Shown here: positions 48,431 to 59,065 of the stretch, one piece after another
Layout of the letters: every line of letters starts with the position of its first letter
Numbering within the stretch: the stretch's first letter is position 1
Assembly: GCA_004431415.1 (NCBI GenBank)
Contig: QPMI01000071.1
Coordinates: forward strand, 1-64,000
DNA from: Cyanophora paradoxa CCMP329
Taxonomy: Eukaryota > Plantae > Glaucophyta
Direction of reading: 5' to 3'
Length of the DNA: 64,000 nt
Program-made: the position numbers and the translations under genes
Notes under the pieces: generated by a model
Database searches by the model: none
Seen by the model: the letters and a program-made list of their open reading frames with translations, nothing else
What the model was told of the DNA's origin: nothing

Positions 48431-48859
48431 GACACCCCCGGCCGTGCGTTACTGCTCCTCCTCGGCCCTCGAAAGCTTAAGATGACTCGCCATCCAACTT
48501 TGACACATACAGAAGCTCGCTCGAAACGTTCCTCGAAACCGGTGCAGTTACTGTGCCATGGGGCCTCCTTCCCGGAGTCCCCGCGGCCGTCACGGTGCCG
48601 CCCTGAATCCTTTCAGGGGCTCGACGCGGTCCGCCCGCCGCCACTCTTGACGCGCTCGCGCAGACGCCGATCGGGCTCGCGGCGAGGACGACGCCAAGCC
48701 CTGCGACGCGGTTCGGCTCGTCGCTCCTCGCGCGACCTGCGCCGGGTCGAAGCGACAGCTTATAATGCTTAGATACATGCCGCCGGGGCAGGCGGAGCTC
48801 TCAATGCGCACCTTGGGCGTCGTACGTCCGCTCCCCAACGCCCGTTTCGTACAGACTCT

Positions 48860-50355
48860 ACTACAGAGTCATCCCGCCCGCGCAGATGGAGGTGGTGACT
48901 GAGCTCGCGGGGTACGAAGGAAACAGAACAGAACCCACCGCCGCCCTCCGCCGGCCCGTGCCCCCCGGCGGCCGTCATGGAGCGGCGGCGACTCCGTCTA
49001 GGACGTGGCGGCTGCGGTGCCGCGCGTACCCCCCGGCTGCCGTCACGGAGCGGCGGCGCGTCCCTCTAGGGCGGCGCGGCCGCGGCGCCGCGCGTACCCC
49101 CTCGGCCGTCACGGAGCGGCAGCGCCTCCGTCTACGGGGGGGGGGCGGCCGCGGCGCCGCGCGTAGCCCCTCGGCCATCACGGAGCGGCGGCGCCTCCGT
49201 CTAGGGCTCTCCCTCCACCAGCATCTCTTTCCTTCGAACCCCCCGCGGCGCGGTACGCCCCTCGCCCGACTCCGGCGCCGCCCTAGAGGGAACTGACTCG
49301 GCTCCGTGACGGGCGGCGGGGGTAGGTGCACCCCTCTTTCGTTCGTACCCCCGCGGCACGGTACGTCCCTCGCGCGACGCTGGCGCCGCCCTAGAGGGAA
49401 CTGACTCGGCTCCGTGACGGGCGGCGGGGGTAGGTGCACCTCTTTCCTTCGTACCCCCCGCGGCGCGGTACGTCCCTCGCGCGACGCCGGCGCCGCCCTA
49501 GAGGGAACTGACTCGGCTCCGTGACGGGCGGCGGGGGTAGGTGCACCTCTTTCCTTCGTACCCCCGGCGGCGCGGTACGCCCCTCGCGCGACGCCGGCGC
49601 CGCCCTAGAGGGAACTGACTCGGCTCCGTGACGGGCGGCGGGGGTAGGTGCACCTCTTTCCTTCGTACCCCCCGCGGCGCGGTACGTCCCTCGCCCGACG
49701 CCGGCGCCGCCCTAGAGGGAACTGACTCGGCTCCGTGACGGGCGGCGGGGTAGGCCCGTGTCTCTTTCCTTCGTACCCCCCGCGGCGTGGTACGTCCCTC
49801 GCCCGACGCCGGCGCCGCCCTAGAGGGAACTGACTCGGCTCCGTGACGGGCGGCGGGGGTAGGTGCACCTCTTTCCTTCGTACCCCCGGCGGCGCGGTAC
49901 GCCCCTCGCCCGACGCCGGCGCCGCCCTAGAGGGAACTGACTCGGCTCCGTGACGGGCGGGGGGGTAGGCCCGTGTCTCTTTCCTTCGTACCCCCGGCGG
50001 CGCGGTAAGCTCCTCGTGCTACCCAAACCCCTGAAGATGCCACTAAGATATATATAAAAAGCCAAATAGATAACGAGTACAACTCTCATCCCCGCCCGCG
50101 CAGATGGAGGAGCCCACCGAGCTCGCGGGTACGAAGGAAAGAGGACAGAGCCCACCGCCGCCCTCCACCGCCCGTACCCCCCTCGGCCGTCACGGAGCGG
50201 CGGCGCCTCCGTCTAGGGCGGGGCGGCCGCGGCGCCGCCCGTACCCCCCTCGGCCGTCACGGAGCGGCGGCGATTCCGTCTAGGGCGGGGCGGCCGCGGC
50301 GCCGCCCGTACCCCCCTCGGCCGTCACGGAGCGGCGGCGATTCCGTCTAGGGCGC
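48860..50355. repeat. Repeat module 1, copy 2
   Basis: Duplicate of 14490-15975. Confidence 0.9.
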
Positions 50356-50698
50356 GGCCGATCTCCTCCCTCAACCGTGTACCCCCTCGACAACCTCCAC
50401 GCGGACGACGAGCCCTTTCCGCATACACGTGCCCTCGTTCGCTTCCACATGCCCTCTGCAACGCCTCTCCCGCCCCGTACCCCTCGATACCCCGGCCCGC
50501 CCGCCCAACTCCCGCCGTCGCTCGCGGATCGCGAGCCGACTGCGCGCGTTGTTCTCGAATATACGTGATTTGCGGATTCAACCGAAACGCTGGACGCGTG
50601 GGGCGGGGAAGGCGCTTTCGCTCGAATTCAACTGACGGCGTGCTTAAAGGCGGAGCAGACGGTCCCTGGACGCACATTTGCCATCGACCTCGACGATC

Positions 50699-51175
50699 AT
50701 GGAGGCCTCTACCGTCGTTCAAAACGCCGCCCGTCGCATCTCCAGCGCCCTCGTCGCCGGTCGACCGATCGCCCTCGCGCTCCGGACTCCGACCCTGCTC
50801 AAGCGCGTCGCCGAGGTCGTCGAGCCCGCCGTCGCCAGCCTCCTCGTGCGCGCACACGTCGTCGTACTGCCGGAGCCGCGCGGCCACTGGCTCGTCCGCA
50901 TCACCCCGCCCGGAGCTCAGGAGCCCGCCTCTTGGGGATCAGCGACCGAACTCCCCGCCTCCGAGAGCGCCGTCCTCGCCCTGCTCGCGGGGATTGAGAC
51001 CGTCGTCGCCCGCTTCGCGCGGGCCGAGGCGGACGAGCTCTCCGCAAAGATCCTCGCGGATCCGCGCATCGCGCACCTGCGGCGCCGCGTGGGCGTCACG
51101 CGCCAGGAGGTACCCGGAGCACCGAATTCGATCTTCTGTGTTTACGCGGTCGGCCGCGGCGCGAGCCGTAGTTGA
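50699..51175 (+). CDS. Hypothetical 158-aa protein; N-terminal domain paralogous to 29680-29898
   Basis: Globular amphipathic composition (MEASTVVQNAARRISSALV...GHWLVRITP); gapless similarity to the 72-aa ORF. Confidence 0.65.
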   Translation: MEASTVVQNAARRISSALVAGRPIALALRTPTLLKRVAEVVEPAVASLLVRAHVVVLPEPRGHWLVRITPPGAQEPASWGSATELPASESAVLALLAGIETVVARFARAEADELSAKILADPRIAHLRRRVGVTRQEVPGAPNSIFCVYAVGRGASRS

Positions 51176-51914
51176 CGCGTTCGTAGGCTCCGTACAGCTA
51201 GAAAACGCAGCGCTATAGCTACAGCCAGGCCGTGATGCAATAAGCTCGTCGACGTCTGTTTCGTAAATGCGTACCCCAAATCCGCTGATCATGGGAGCGA
51301 GCCGGGGCGAGCTCTGCGGCGAGCCGCGAGGCGCGTCGCTGTCTAGCGCTCGTTGCGGGCGTTTCGCTCGCACAGCGAGCGTCCAGCAGGCCACATCGGC
51401 GTGTCACCGGAACGTATCGTTGCAGCGCCCCCAGCGCGACGCAGATGCGGCGGTTGGGGTGAGAGAGCCGCGGATCGGAGACCTCGGCGGCTCGGATCGC
51501 CTCGGCTTCGTGCCCGGCGGCCGGCGGGTGTGGCGCGCGCGCGCCCGAGGTACTGTACCTTCGCCTCCGACCGCAACAGCTTCCGGACGATATTCGCGGT
51601 CGAAAAGTCGAGGAGATGGCGGAGGACTGGTGCGCCGTGCCATATGCATCGCGCCGCGCAGCGAGGTCGAGCGCCTTGATAGCTTACAACCGCGCAGGCC
51701 TGGGTCGTCCGGCGCGGACGAGCTCGAGGCCCGGCGGCCGCGGCCTCGATCGAGCGGGCTACGTGCGCGTTCTACCGACACGGCCCGAGCTCCGTGATAG
51801 GCGGCGTGGACCCACGCCGGACGGGCGCGCGGCCAATCTAAGCGGATCCGGAGTCGCGTTCGCAAGCTGTCGCCTTCGATACGATAGGTGCGCCCGTTGC
51901 TCAGCGCCGGCGTC

Positions 51915-53090
51915 CCGTTAGAGGGGCTTGACGCGGCTCCGTGACGGGCGGCGGGGGTAGGTGCACCCCTCCTTCGTTCGTACCCCGCGTAGGAGGTGAA
52001 TTCCGCGCCCGACGCCGACGCCGCCCTAGAGGGAACTGATGCGGCTCCGTGACGGGCGGCGGGGGTGGGCCCGTGTCTCTTTCCTTCATACCCCCGGCGG
52101 CGCGGTGAGCCCCTCGCCCGACGCCGGCGCCGCCCTAGAGGGAACTGATGCGGCTCCGTGACGGGCGGCGGGGGTGGGCCCGTGTCTCTTTCCTTCATAC
52201 CCCCGGCGGCGCGGTGAGCCCCTCGCCCGACGCCGACGCCGCCCTAGAGGGAACTGACGCGGCTCCGTGACGGGCGGCGGGGGTAGGTGCACCTCTTTCA
52301 TTCGTACCCCCGGCGGCGCGGTGAGCCCCTCGCCCGACGCCGACGCCGCCCTAGAGGGAACTGACGCGGCTCCGTGACGGGCGGCGGGGGTAGGTGCACC
52401 CCTCCTTCGTTCGTACCCCCGCGGCACGGTACGTCCCTCGCGCGACGCCGACGCCGCCCTAGAGGGAACTGACTCGGCTTCGTGACGGGCGGCGGGGGTA
52501 GGCCCGTGTCTCTTTCCTTCGTACCCCCCGCGGCGCGGTACGTCCCTCGCCCGACGCCGGCGCCGCCCTAGAGGGAACTGACGCGGCTCCGTGACGGGCG
52601 GCGGGGTAGGCCCGTGTCTCTTTCCTTCGTACCCCGGTGACGCGGTAAGCTCCTCGTGTCACCCATATCCCCTGAAGTTGTCACTAAGATATATATAAAA
52701 AGCCAAATAGATAACGAGTACAACTCTCATCCCCGCCCGCGCAGATGGAGGAGCCCACCGAGCTCGCGGGGTACGAAGGAAAGAGGACGGAGCCCACCGC
52801 CGCCCTCCGCCGCCCGTGCCCCCCTCGGCCGTCACGGAGCGGCGGCGATTCCGTCTAGGGCGGGGCGGCCGCGGCGCCGCGCGTACCCCCCTCGGCCGTC
52901 ACGGAGCGGCGGCGATTCCGTCTAGGGCGGGGCGGCCGCGGCGCCGCCCGTACCCCCCTCGGCCGTCACGGAGCGGCGGCGATTCCGTCTAGGGCGGGGC
53001 GGCCGGGGCGCTGCCCGTACCCCCCTCGGCCGTCACGGAGCGGCGGCGATTCCGTCTAGGGCGGGGTGGCCGGGGCGCCGCCCGTACCGT
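51915..53090. repeat. Repeat module 2, copy 2
   Basis: Duplicate of 17535-18700. Confidence 0.9.
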
Positions 53091-53308
53091 GTACCCCCTC
53101 TTCGGCCATCGCGGTACTTCCTTCCCGCCATCGCAACGCATATACCAAGCAATAACTCGCGTACACGCACAGGAGCGGGCGCTTTCCGCCGTCACGGAGC
53201 GGATGTGAATCCTCCAAGGCCTGGGTCGGCTCTGTCGAGCGCGTGAGCGAGCCGCCCCCCGCCCCTAGGACAATTGCCCGTCGCTCCGTGACAATACCGA
53301 TCCTTCGC

Positions 53309-56300
53309 TCAGGTACGCGTCTTTGGCGGGCGACCGCGCCGCCGGGCAGGCTGGGCGCCGCGCCCGGCGCCGCCGCCGCGCGACGACGACGGAGACGAGG
53401 ACGGCGTGGCAGGCGCCGGGAGGCCCAGCAGCTCCAGAACGCGCTCGGGGCCGGTTCGGATCTCGACCGTGCCGTTCCGTCCCTCGTACTCGACGGGATA
53501 AAGTGACGAAGGAAAGCTCCACTCGCGCGGTCCGCCCTCCTGGCTCGGCGCCCACGCGCCGCCGAAGCGCTTCAGCACCACGAAGCGTGACTCGTACTCG
53601 CCGCTCGGCAGGTCGATCGTCTGGACGAGGCGCGCGAACCACACGCCGGGGAGCGGGCTCGCCGCGTGCGTCGCCAGCGCCGCCACCACCTGCCCCGCCG
53701 GGTACGGCGAGGCCGACCGCCAGTGCAGGTGGTAGAGGGGCGGCGCGGGGCCGGCGGCGGCGACGCCGACGGGGACGGGCTCCTGGGAGGCGCCGCCTCG
53801 GCGCCCGCGCGCGCGGCCGAGGCCACGCCGGCCGCGCGCGCCACGGAGGAGGCCGCGCGAGCAGTAGTGCTCGTGGGCCCGCGCCCCGGCCGAGTTCTTA
53901 AACTCCTTGCGGTGCGTCAGGGCGGCGGCGCGGGGGGGCGGCGCGGGGCGGGGCGGCGCGACCTGCTCACCCGATCGCAGGGCGCGCAGTACCTCTGCTC
54001 GGCGATGGCGAGCTCGCGCTCGAGGGTGTAGTCGGCGTCCCAAGCGCGCGGCCTGTCGGCCCCGTCCGCCGCCGCTTGGCCTCTTCGCTCCCGTCGGACG
54101 CGCCGCTCCCGTCCTCGCCATCGTCCTCCGAGTACGAGCTGGAGCTCTCCGCGCCGCGCCCCGCGCGGAAACGCGCCGAGGCGGACGGAGGCGCGGTTGA
54201 CGGCGCCGGCTCGTCGTCGGCGTGCTCCTCGGAGCCTCCACCGTCGTCCCGCCCCACCTCGGTCCCGCCGCCCAAGCTCCCGCCCGCCGTCGAGGGCGCG
54301 GGGGATCCGGACGGCGGCGGCGGCGGCGGCGGCAGCGCCGGTGCCGGCGGGAGTTCGAGGCGGGGCGGCGCCTCGGCCGCGGCGGCGCTCTCGCGGGCCC
54401 GGAGCCGGGCTTCGTCGTGCTTGACGGCGAGCTGCTCGAGGTACGCCACCGCCGCCGCCGCCGTGCGCGCCCGCGCCGAGTAATCGTAATTTTGCGTCGC
54501 CGTCAGCACCGAGTGGCCCAGAAGCTTGGCTGCCGGCGCGCGGGTGGGGCGAGGGAGGCGAGGGGGCGGGGGCGCTTCGGCGTACCCGTCCCGTCGACGA
54601 CGGCGGCCGCGGTGTCGCCGGAGATGCGGTTCGCCGCGGCCTCGTCGCGCACGTGCGTCGTGATGATGGCCCGCATCGCCTGCGCCGTCACCGGTACCCC
54701 CGTCCACTTTTCCGTCACGCGCTTGACAAAGACGCTCCAGGCCGAGTCGGAGAGGGGCGCTCCCGAGGCGCTCGTGAAGAGCCAGCCCTCGTCCGCGCCC
54801 CCCGGCAGCGGCGGGAGGAGGAGGCGCCGGTACCGCTCGACGTACGAGGTGAGCGGCCGCTGCACAAACTCCGGGATCGGGTAGCTGATCGCCCCCGCAG
54901 TTTTCGCGGTCTTCGACGAGAGGACGGCCTCGCCCTGCCCCGCGTCCGCCCGCATCTGGGTGAGCGTGATTGTCCACGCGCCGCCGTCCCGCCGCAGCGT
55001 GTGGCCGATCCTGCGGGGGGCGCAGAGGGGCAGGACGGGGCCCTCGCTCGGCGCGGGGCGACGGCGCGGCGCGGGGGGTACGGCACCTGAGGCGGCGGAC
55101 GATGCCGACGCGCGAGGGCGTGGAGACGAGGAGCGACAGGAGGACGCCCTCGCGGAGGGCGAGCGCCCTCTCGTACTCCAACGGCGCCCGCTCCGCCGCC
55201 TCGAGCGCATCCAGCCGCGCCGAGAGGAGCGCCTCGAACGGCACCCAGTTCGGTCCGCGCTGACGCCATTTCACGCCTTCGCGCTTCTCCTTTCTCAGCT
55301 GGGCGATCAGGTTCCGCAGCGGGCGCCCGTGGGGGCCCTCGGAGCCGGCGGCGGCGCCGGCCGTCCGCGCGTGGACAAAGGAGTGGGCCTGGAGGGCCGC
55401 CTGCGTGTACCCCGCCAAGGTGCCCGCCCGGACCCTGCGCTCGCCGCGGAGAAACGCGAGGAACCGCATCCACAGGTCGATAAAGTCGACGCGGGCGCCG
55501 GAGAAGAGGTCGAGCGTGAGAGCGCCGTCGATCTTCTCGCGGAGGGCGCAGTACCCCAGGAACCGGAGGAGCGTCGTCCGCTCGTTCGCCAGCGTCGTGG
55601 AGCGCTCGACGGCGGCGCCGGGGCGGTCGGGGTTGAGGAGGCGGGTGCGAAACTCTTCGTACGCGGCGAGCTGCGCCTTGAGCTCGCGCGACTGATCCTC
55701 CTCGCGCAGGCCGTACGGGGCGCCCCGCTCTGCCGGCTCGTCGCCCGCGGGGCCTTCGTCCTCCTCCTCGCCGTGCTCGTCGGCCGGGGGTACGGGCGGC
55801 GGGGGCGGCGAGGCCCCCGCCTCGGCGGACCCCTCGGGATCGGCGCCGCCCGAGTCCGACTCGGACTCGTCCGGCTCGGCGGGGGCGGGCGCCGGCGGGG
55901 CGCGGGCGCGCTTGGGGGGTACAGGGTCCCCGGCGGCGCCGAGCACCACGCGCTCGGGGTCCACGAGGGCGTCCACGTCAAAGAGCGTCGCCCCGCCGTG
56001 GTCCATGCTCTCCAGCATCCGCCGGTACGCCAGCCGCTTCTCGGCGATGAATTTCCCGTTGTCCTTTGCGATCTGATCCGCCATAGGGCCCCCGGGGCGG
56101 AAGAAGTGGATGGAGCCCTGCTCGAGCTCGTCCGACCACGGAAAGCCCGTCGTCGCCTCGACGATCCCCACGTCCGCGATCCAGAGGACCCCTGCGCGGT
56201 GCGCGCGGCATGAGTTTGATCCCGTTACCCCGCGGAATCGAACCGGGCCCGCACAGATGCCGCATTGGAACCCGTCCCCTGGAGGCGCCCACCGGCCGTC

Positions 56301-57705
56301 TCCTCGCGGTACGCGTGCGCGGGAAAGGCCGCCTGGGCGGCGTAGAGCAACCTGGCGTCGCAGGGCGCGCCGAGGCTGTCCCAGTACCGCGTCGTCCTGC
56401 GGGGGCGGCGCGATCGCGAGTGGCGCAGAGGACGCGGGCTCGGGCGCGGGGGCGCGGGGCGCGGCGCCGTCGGACCTCGCGGCGCCGGAGAGCACGAGCA
56501 GCGTCCAGTGCCCGCCGCTGTTCGACGTCCGCTCCGCCCCGCGCCGCGCGATCGACGTCGAGACCGGGCAGAAGAGGGTACCCCCCCGCGCCACGAACCC
56601 CAGGGCCTTGCGCTGACGCCGCTCCTCGCCCGCCGCAGCGTAGCGCCGAAGGAGGCTCGTCAGAATCTCCACCGGCATGGGGTACAGGGCCCGCACGCGC
56701 GCGTTCTTGGCGCGGTGGAGCAAGAGGCTCATCACGTTGGCGACGTGCGTGTCGGCGAGCCACTCGCGCGCGCCAAAGATACCGACCCTGGGTCCCGCAG
56801 GCGCCGGCGCGGGGGCCGCGGCGGCGACGGTGGCGGGTCGGCGCCCTCTAGCACGAGCCGCTGGCGGCGAAAGTCGAGGTGGAGGTTCGGATCCCGGCCG
56901 GGGAGATCCTTCAGGAGGCTTTCGACGGCGACGGCGCTGAGGAACGCCCAGCGGCGCGCCGAGCTCCGCGTTCGCTCCCCGTCGACCTCGGCGCCGATGC
57001 CGGCGTAGTAGGTGAGCGTCCTCGTGAGCATGCCGAAGCGCTCGCGCCCGACGCTGAGCGTCGTAACGTTCCAGCGGTGCGGGCCGCCCGACGCGAGTTC
57101 CGGGAGGCGGCGCTCGATCTCCCGGCGGAGCGAGTTCGTGGCGCGCGAGGAGCCGTAGAGGAGCTCGGAGAGCGACGCCATGGGGACCCAGAGCTTCAGG
57201 TCCGGAGCCTCGATCCGGGTCGCCGGCAGGGCGTAGAGCCGCTCGCCGCCGACGCGCACGACGTGCAGGTCGTAGCGGGAGAGGGCGCACAGGCGGCGGC
57301 GCTCGTTGGCGGCGTAGAACGCGGTGGCAGCGGCGCGCTTCCGGGCCTCGTCGCTGTCCCGCCACGCCTGGTCGACGACCTCGAGCACGTACCTCATCGA
57401 CAAGAGGCGCGGCGGGTCCTCGGGCGTGTACTCGCCGCGCCGGACGGCCCCGAGGGTCTCCAGGAGGAGGATCGCGTGCTCGCTCGGCACGGGCCGCGCT
57501 GGGACGCCATAGCGCGCGGTGAGCACGTCCTGCACCTCGTCCTCGCCCTCGCCCTCGGCCAACGGCGGCTCGCCCAGGACGCGCGCGAGCTCGGCAGAGC
57601 AGACGGAGGCCCGGCGTCGGACTTTAGCACCACGAGCTGCGTCCGCCCCCACGGCCCGTCGAACTCGATCAGCTCGTACGCGTCGTGGACCGTCTGGAAG
57701 TACAT
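53309..57705 (-). CDS. Ulp1-protease / tyrosine recombinase fusion, copy 2
   Basis: Duplicate of 18917-23313; its indels are complementary to those of copy 1. Confidence 0.85.
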
Positions 57706-58387
57706 GGTCGCCGGCCGGGCCGTGCGGGCGGGCGACCCGGAGTGGGAGGGGCGAGGTGTTGGGATTCGACGTGCGGGGTGGGATCTATTTATGGTAACCT
57801 CGCACCTTTAATCCTCGCGCTCGCGTCGCCGATGTTATCTTTAGTCCCTGCGCACAGGCCGCGCGCGGGGCGGAAGGCCGACGGGAGCGGACGAGGCCGA
57901 ATCGTATCCCCACGAGCCGAGGCCGCCATCCCACGACGTTGATCACGTACGCCCGCCCGGCTTCGTCCCCCCCCTACACCTTACCCCCTCTGAAATTCGG
58001 CCAGGTTTGCCACCTAGGGGCGCCCCGCCCTCGTCGCCCGCCTGCGTCGCGGCGGCGGCCGCCGCGCCCCGCCCCGCATTGACCACGTACGCCGGCCCGG
58101 CTTCGTCACCCCACCCCACCCCGCCTTTGCTAATATTCGGCCAGGTCTTCCACCAAGGCGCTCGGCAACGCGCGGCGTCGGCGACTCATCACCGCCGCCC
58201 GCGGCGATGAGATCGGTGCGCCCCCGCCGGCTCGGGCTTCGGGGACGGCGCCGGGCGCCCTGCGACGCCGCGAGGCTCAGATCCGAACGCGGCGGCGCGG
58301 GAGGCGGAGGGCCGTCTGGAGCGGACGTGGCCGAACTCTCCCAGAAATGCCTCCGATCTCGCTCCTCCTCGAGCTCGTCTTCGTCGG

Positions 58388-58821
58388 ATGACAGCTATGA
58401 CACCGATGATCCTTCTCTGCTCCGACGGCGTCCATATCCCGTGCCCCGCGGCGCTCGCGCCGACGCCCGCATCCTCTCCCTCGCCTCGAGCTGCTCCGAC
58501 GCCGACGTGGCCCCCGTCCCGCTCCCCTTCCGCTCCTCGCTCGTGTCGGCGGCCGGCGTCGCCCTCTCGCACCCCTCACCCGCGGCGGCCGCCCTCGCCC
58601 CGGGGCCTACCCCGACCGCGGGCCGCCGCCTCGGCTCTCGTCTTCCTCGCCGAGCTCGCGATCCTCGCCGATTACCTCGACGCCCGGCGGCTCGAGCTGG
58701 CGTGCGCGGCGCTTGCCAGCAGCGCGTCCGAGCTCGCCATCAAGTCCGCCTGGGCCAAGGCGAGCGTCCGTCCGCCCCCGCCCCGCGGAAGCGCCCCTTT
58801 CAGGCTATCGGATCTTCGTAG
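58388..58821 (+). CDS. Skp1/BTB-POZ-like protein, copy 2 (indels)
   Basis: Duplicate of 24001-24438. Confidence 0.6.
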
Positions 58822-59065
58822 GGACGTGTATTGAACGGCCTCTCCGAGTACTGCGTGCACCGGCGTCTGCGGGGCCAGGGGTACAGATTTTGGGGACCCT
58901 TGGACCCCTCTCCGGGGACCTAGGGTTCGTTTTGAAACGAGGTCCGGGATCCGCACTAGCAATTTATTCGCGCTCTCCGGGCCCTCCCCAGCCCCTGCGA
59001 TGCGTTTGTGCGGGGCCGACTTTTTGTTTAACGGGGTATTCGACGGTCCCTCAATCTGTATTGGA

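Larger units (their letters stand above)
24683..59065. mobile_element. Complete ~34.4-kb copy of a tyrosine-recombinase / primase-helicase mobile element (no capsid gene recognised)
   Basis: 34177-59065 repeats 1-24682 almost exactly. Identity ends after ...CAATCTGTATTGGA (24682 vs 59065), where copy 1 continues into 24683-34176 and copy 2 into unrelated DNA. The unit encodes a recombinase, primase-helicase and nuclease. Confidence 0.8.

Noticed and set aside
24683-59065. Polinton, Polinton-like virus or virophage
   Set aside because: No recognisable capsid proteins, pPolB, A32 packaging ATPase or terminal inverted repeats; the ATPase is a classical AAA. A highly diverged capsid cannot be fully excluded without a profile search.
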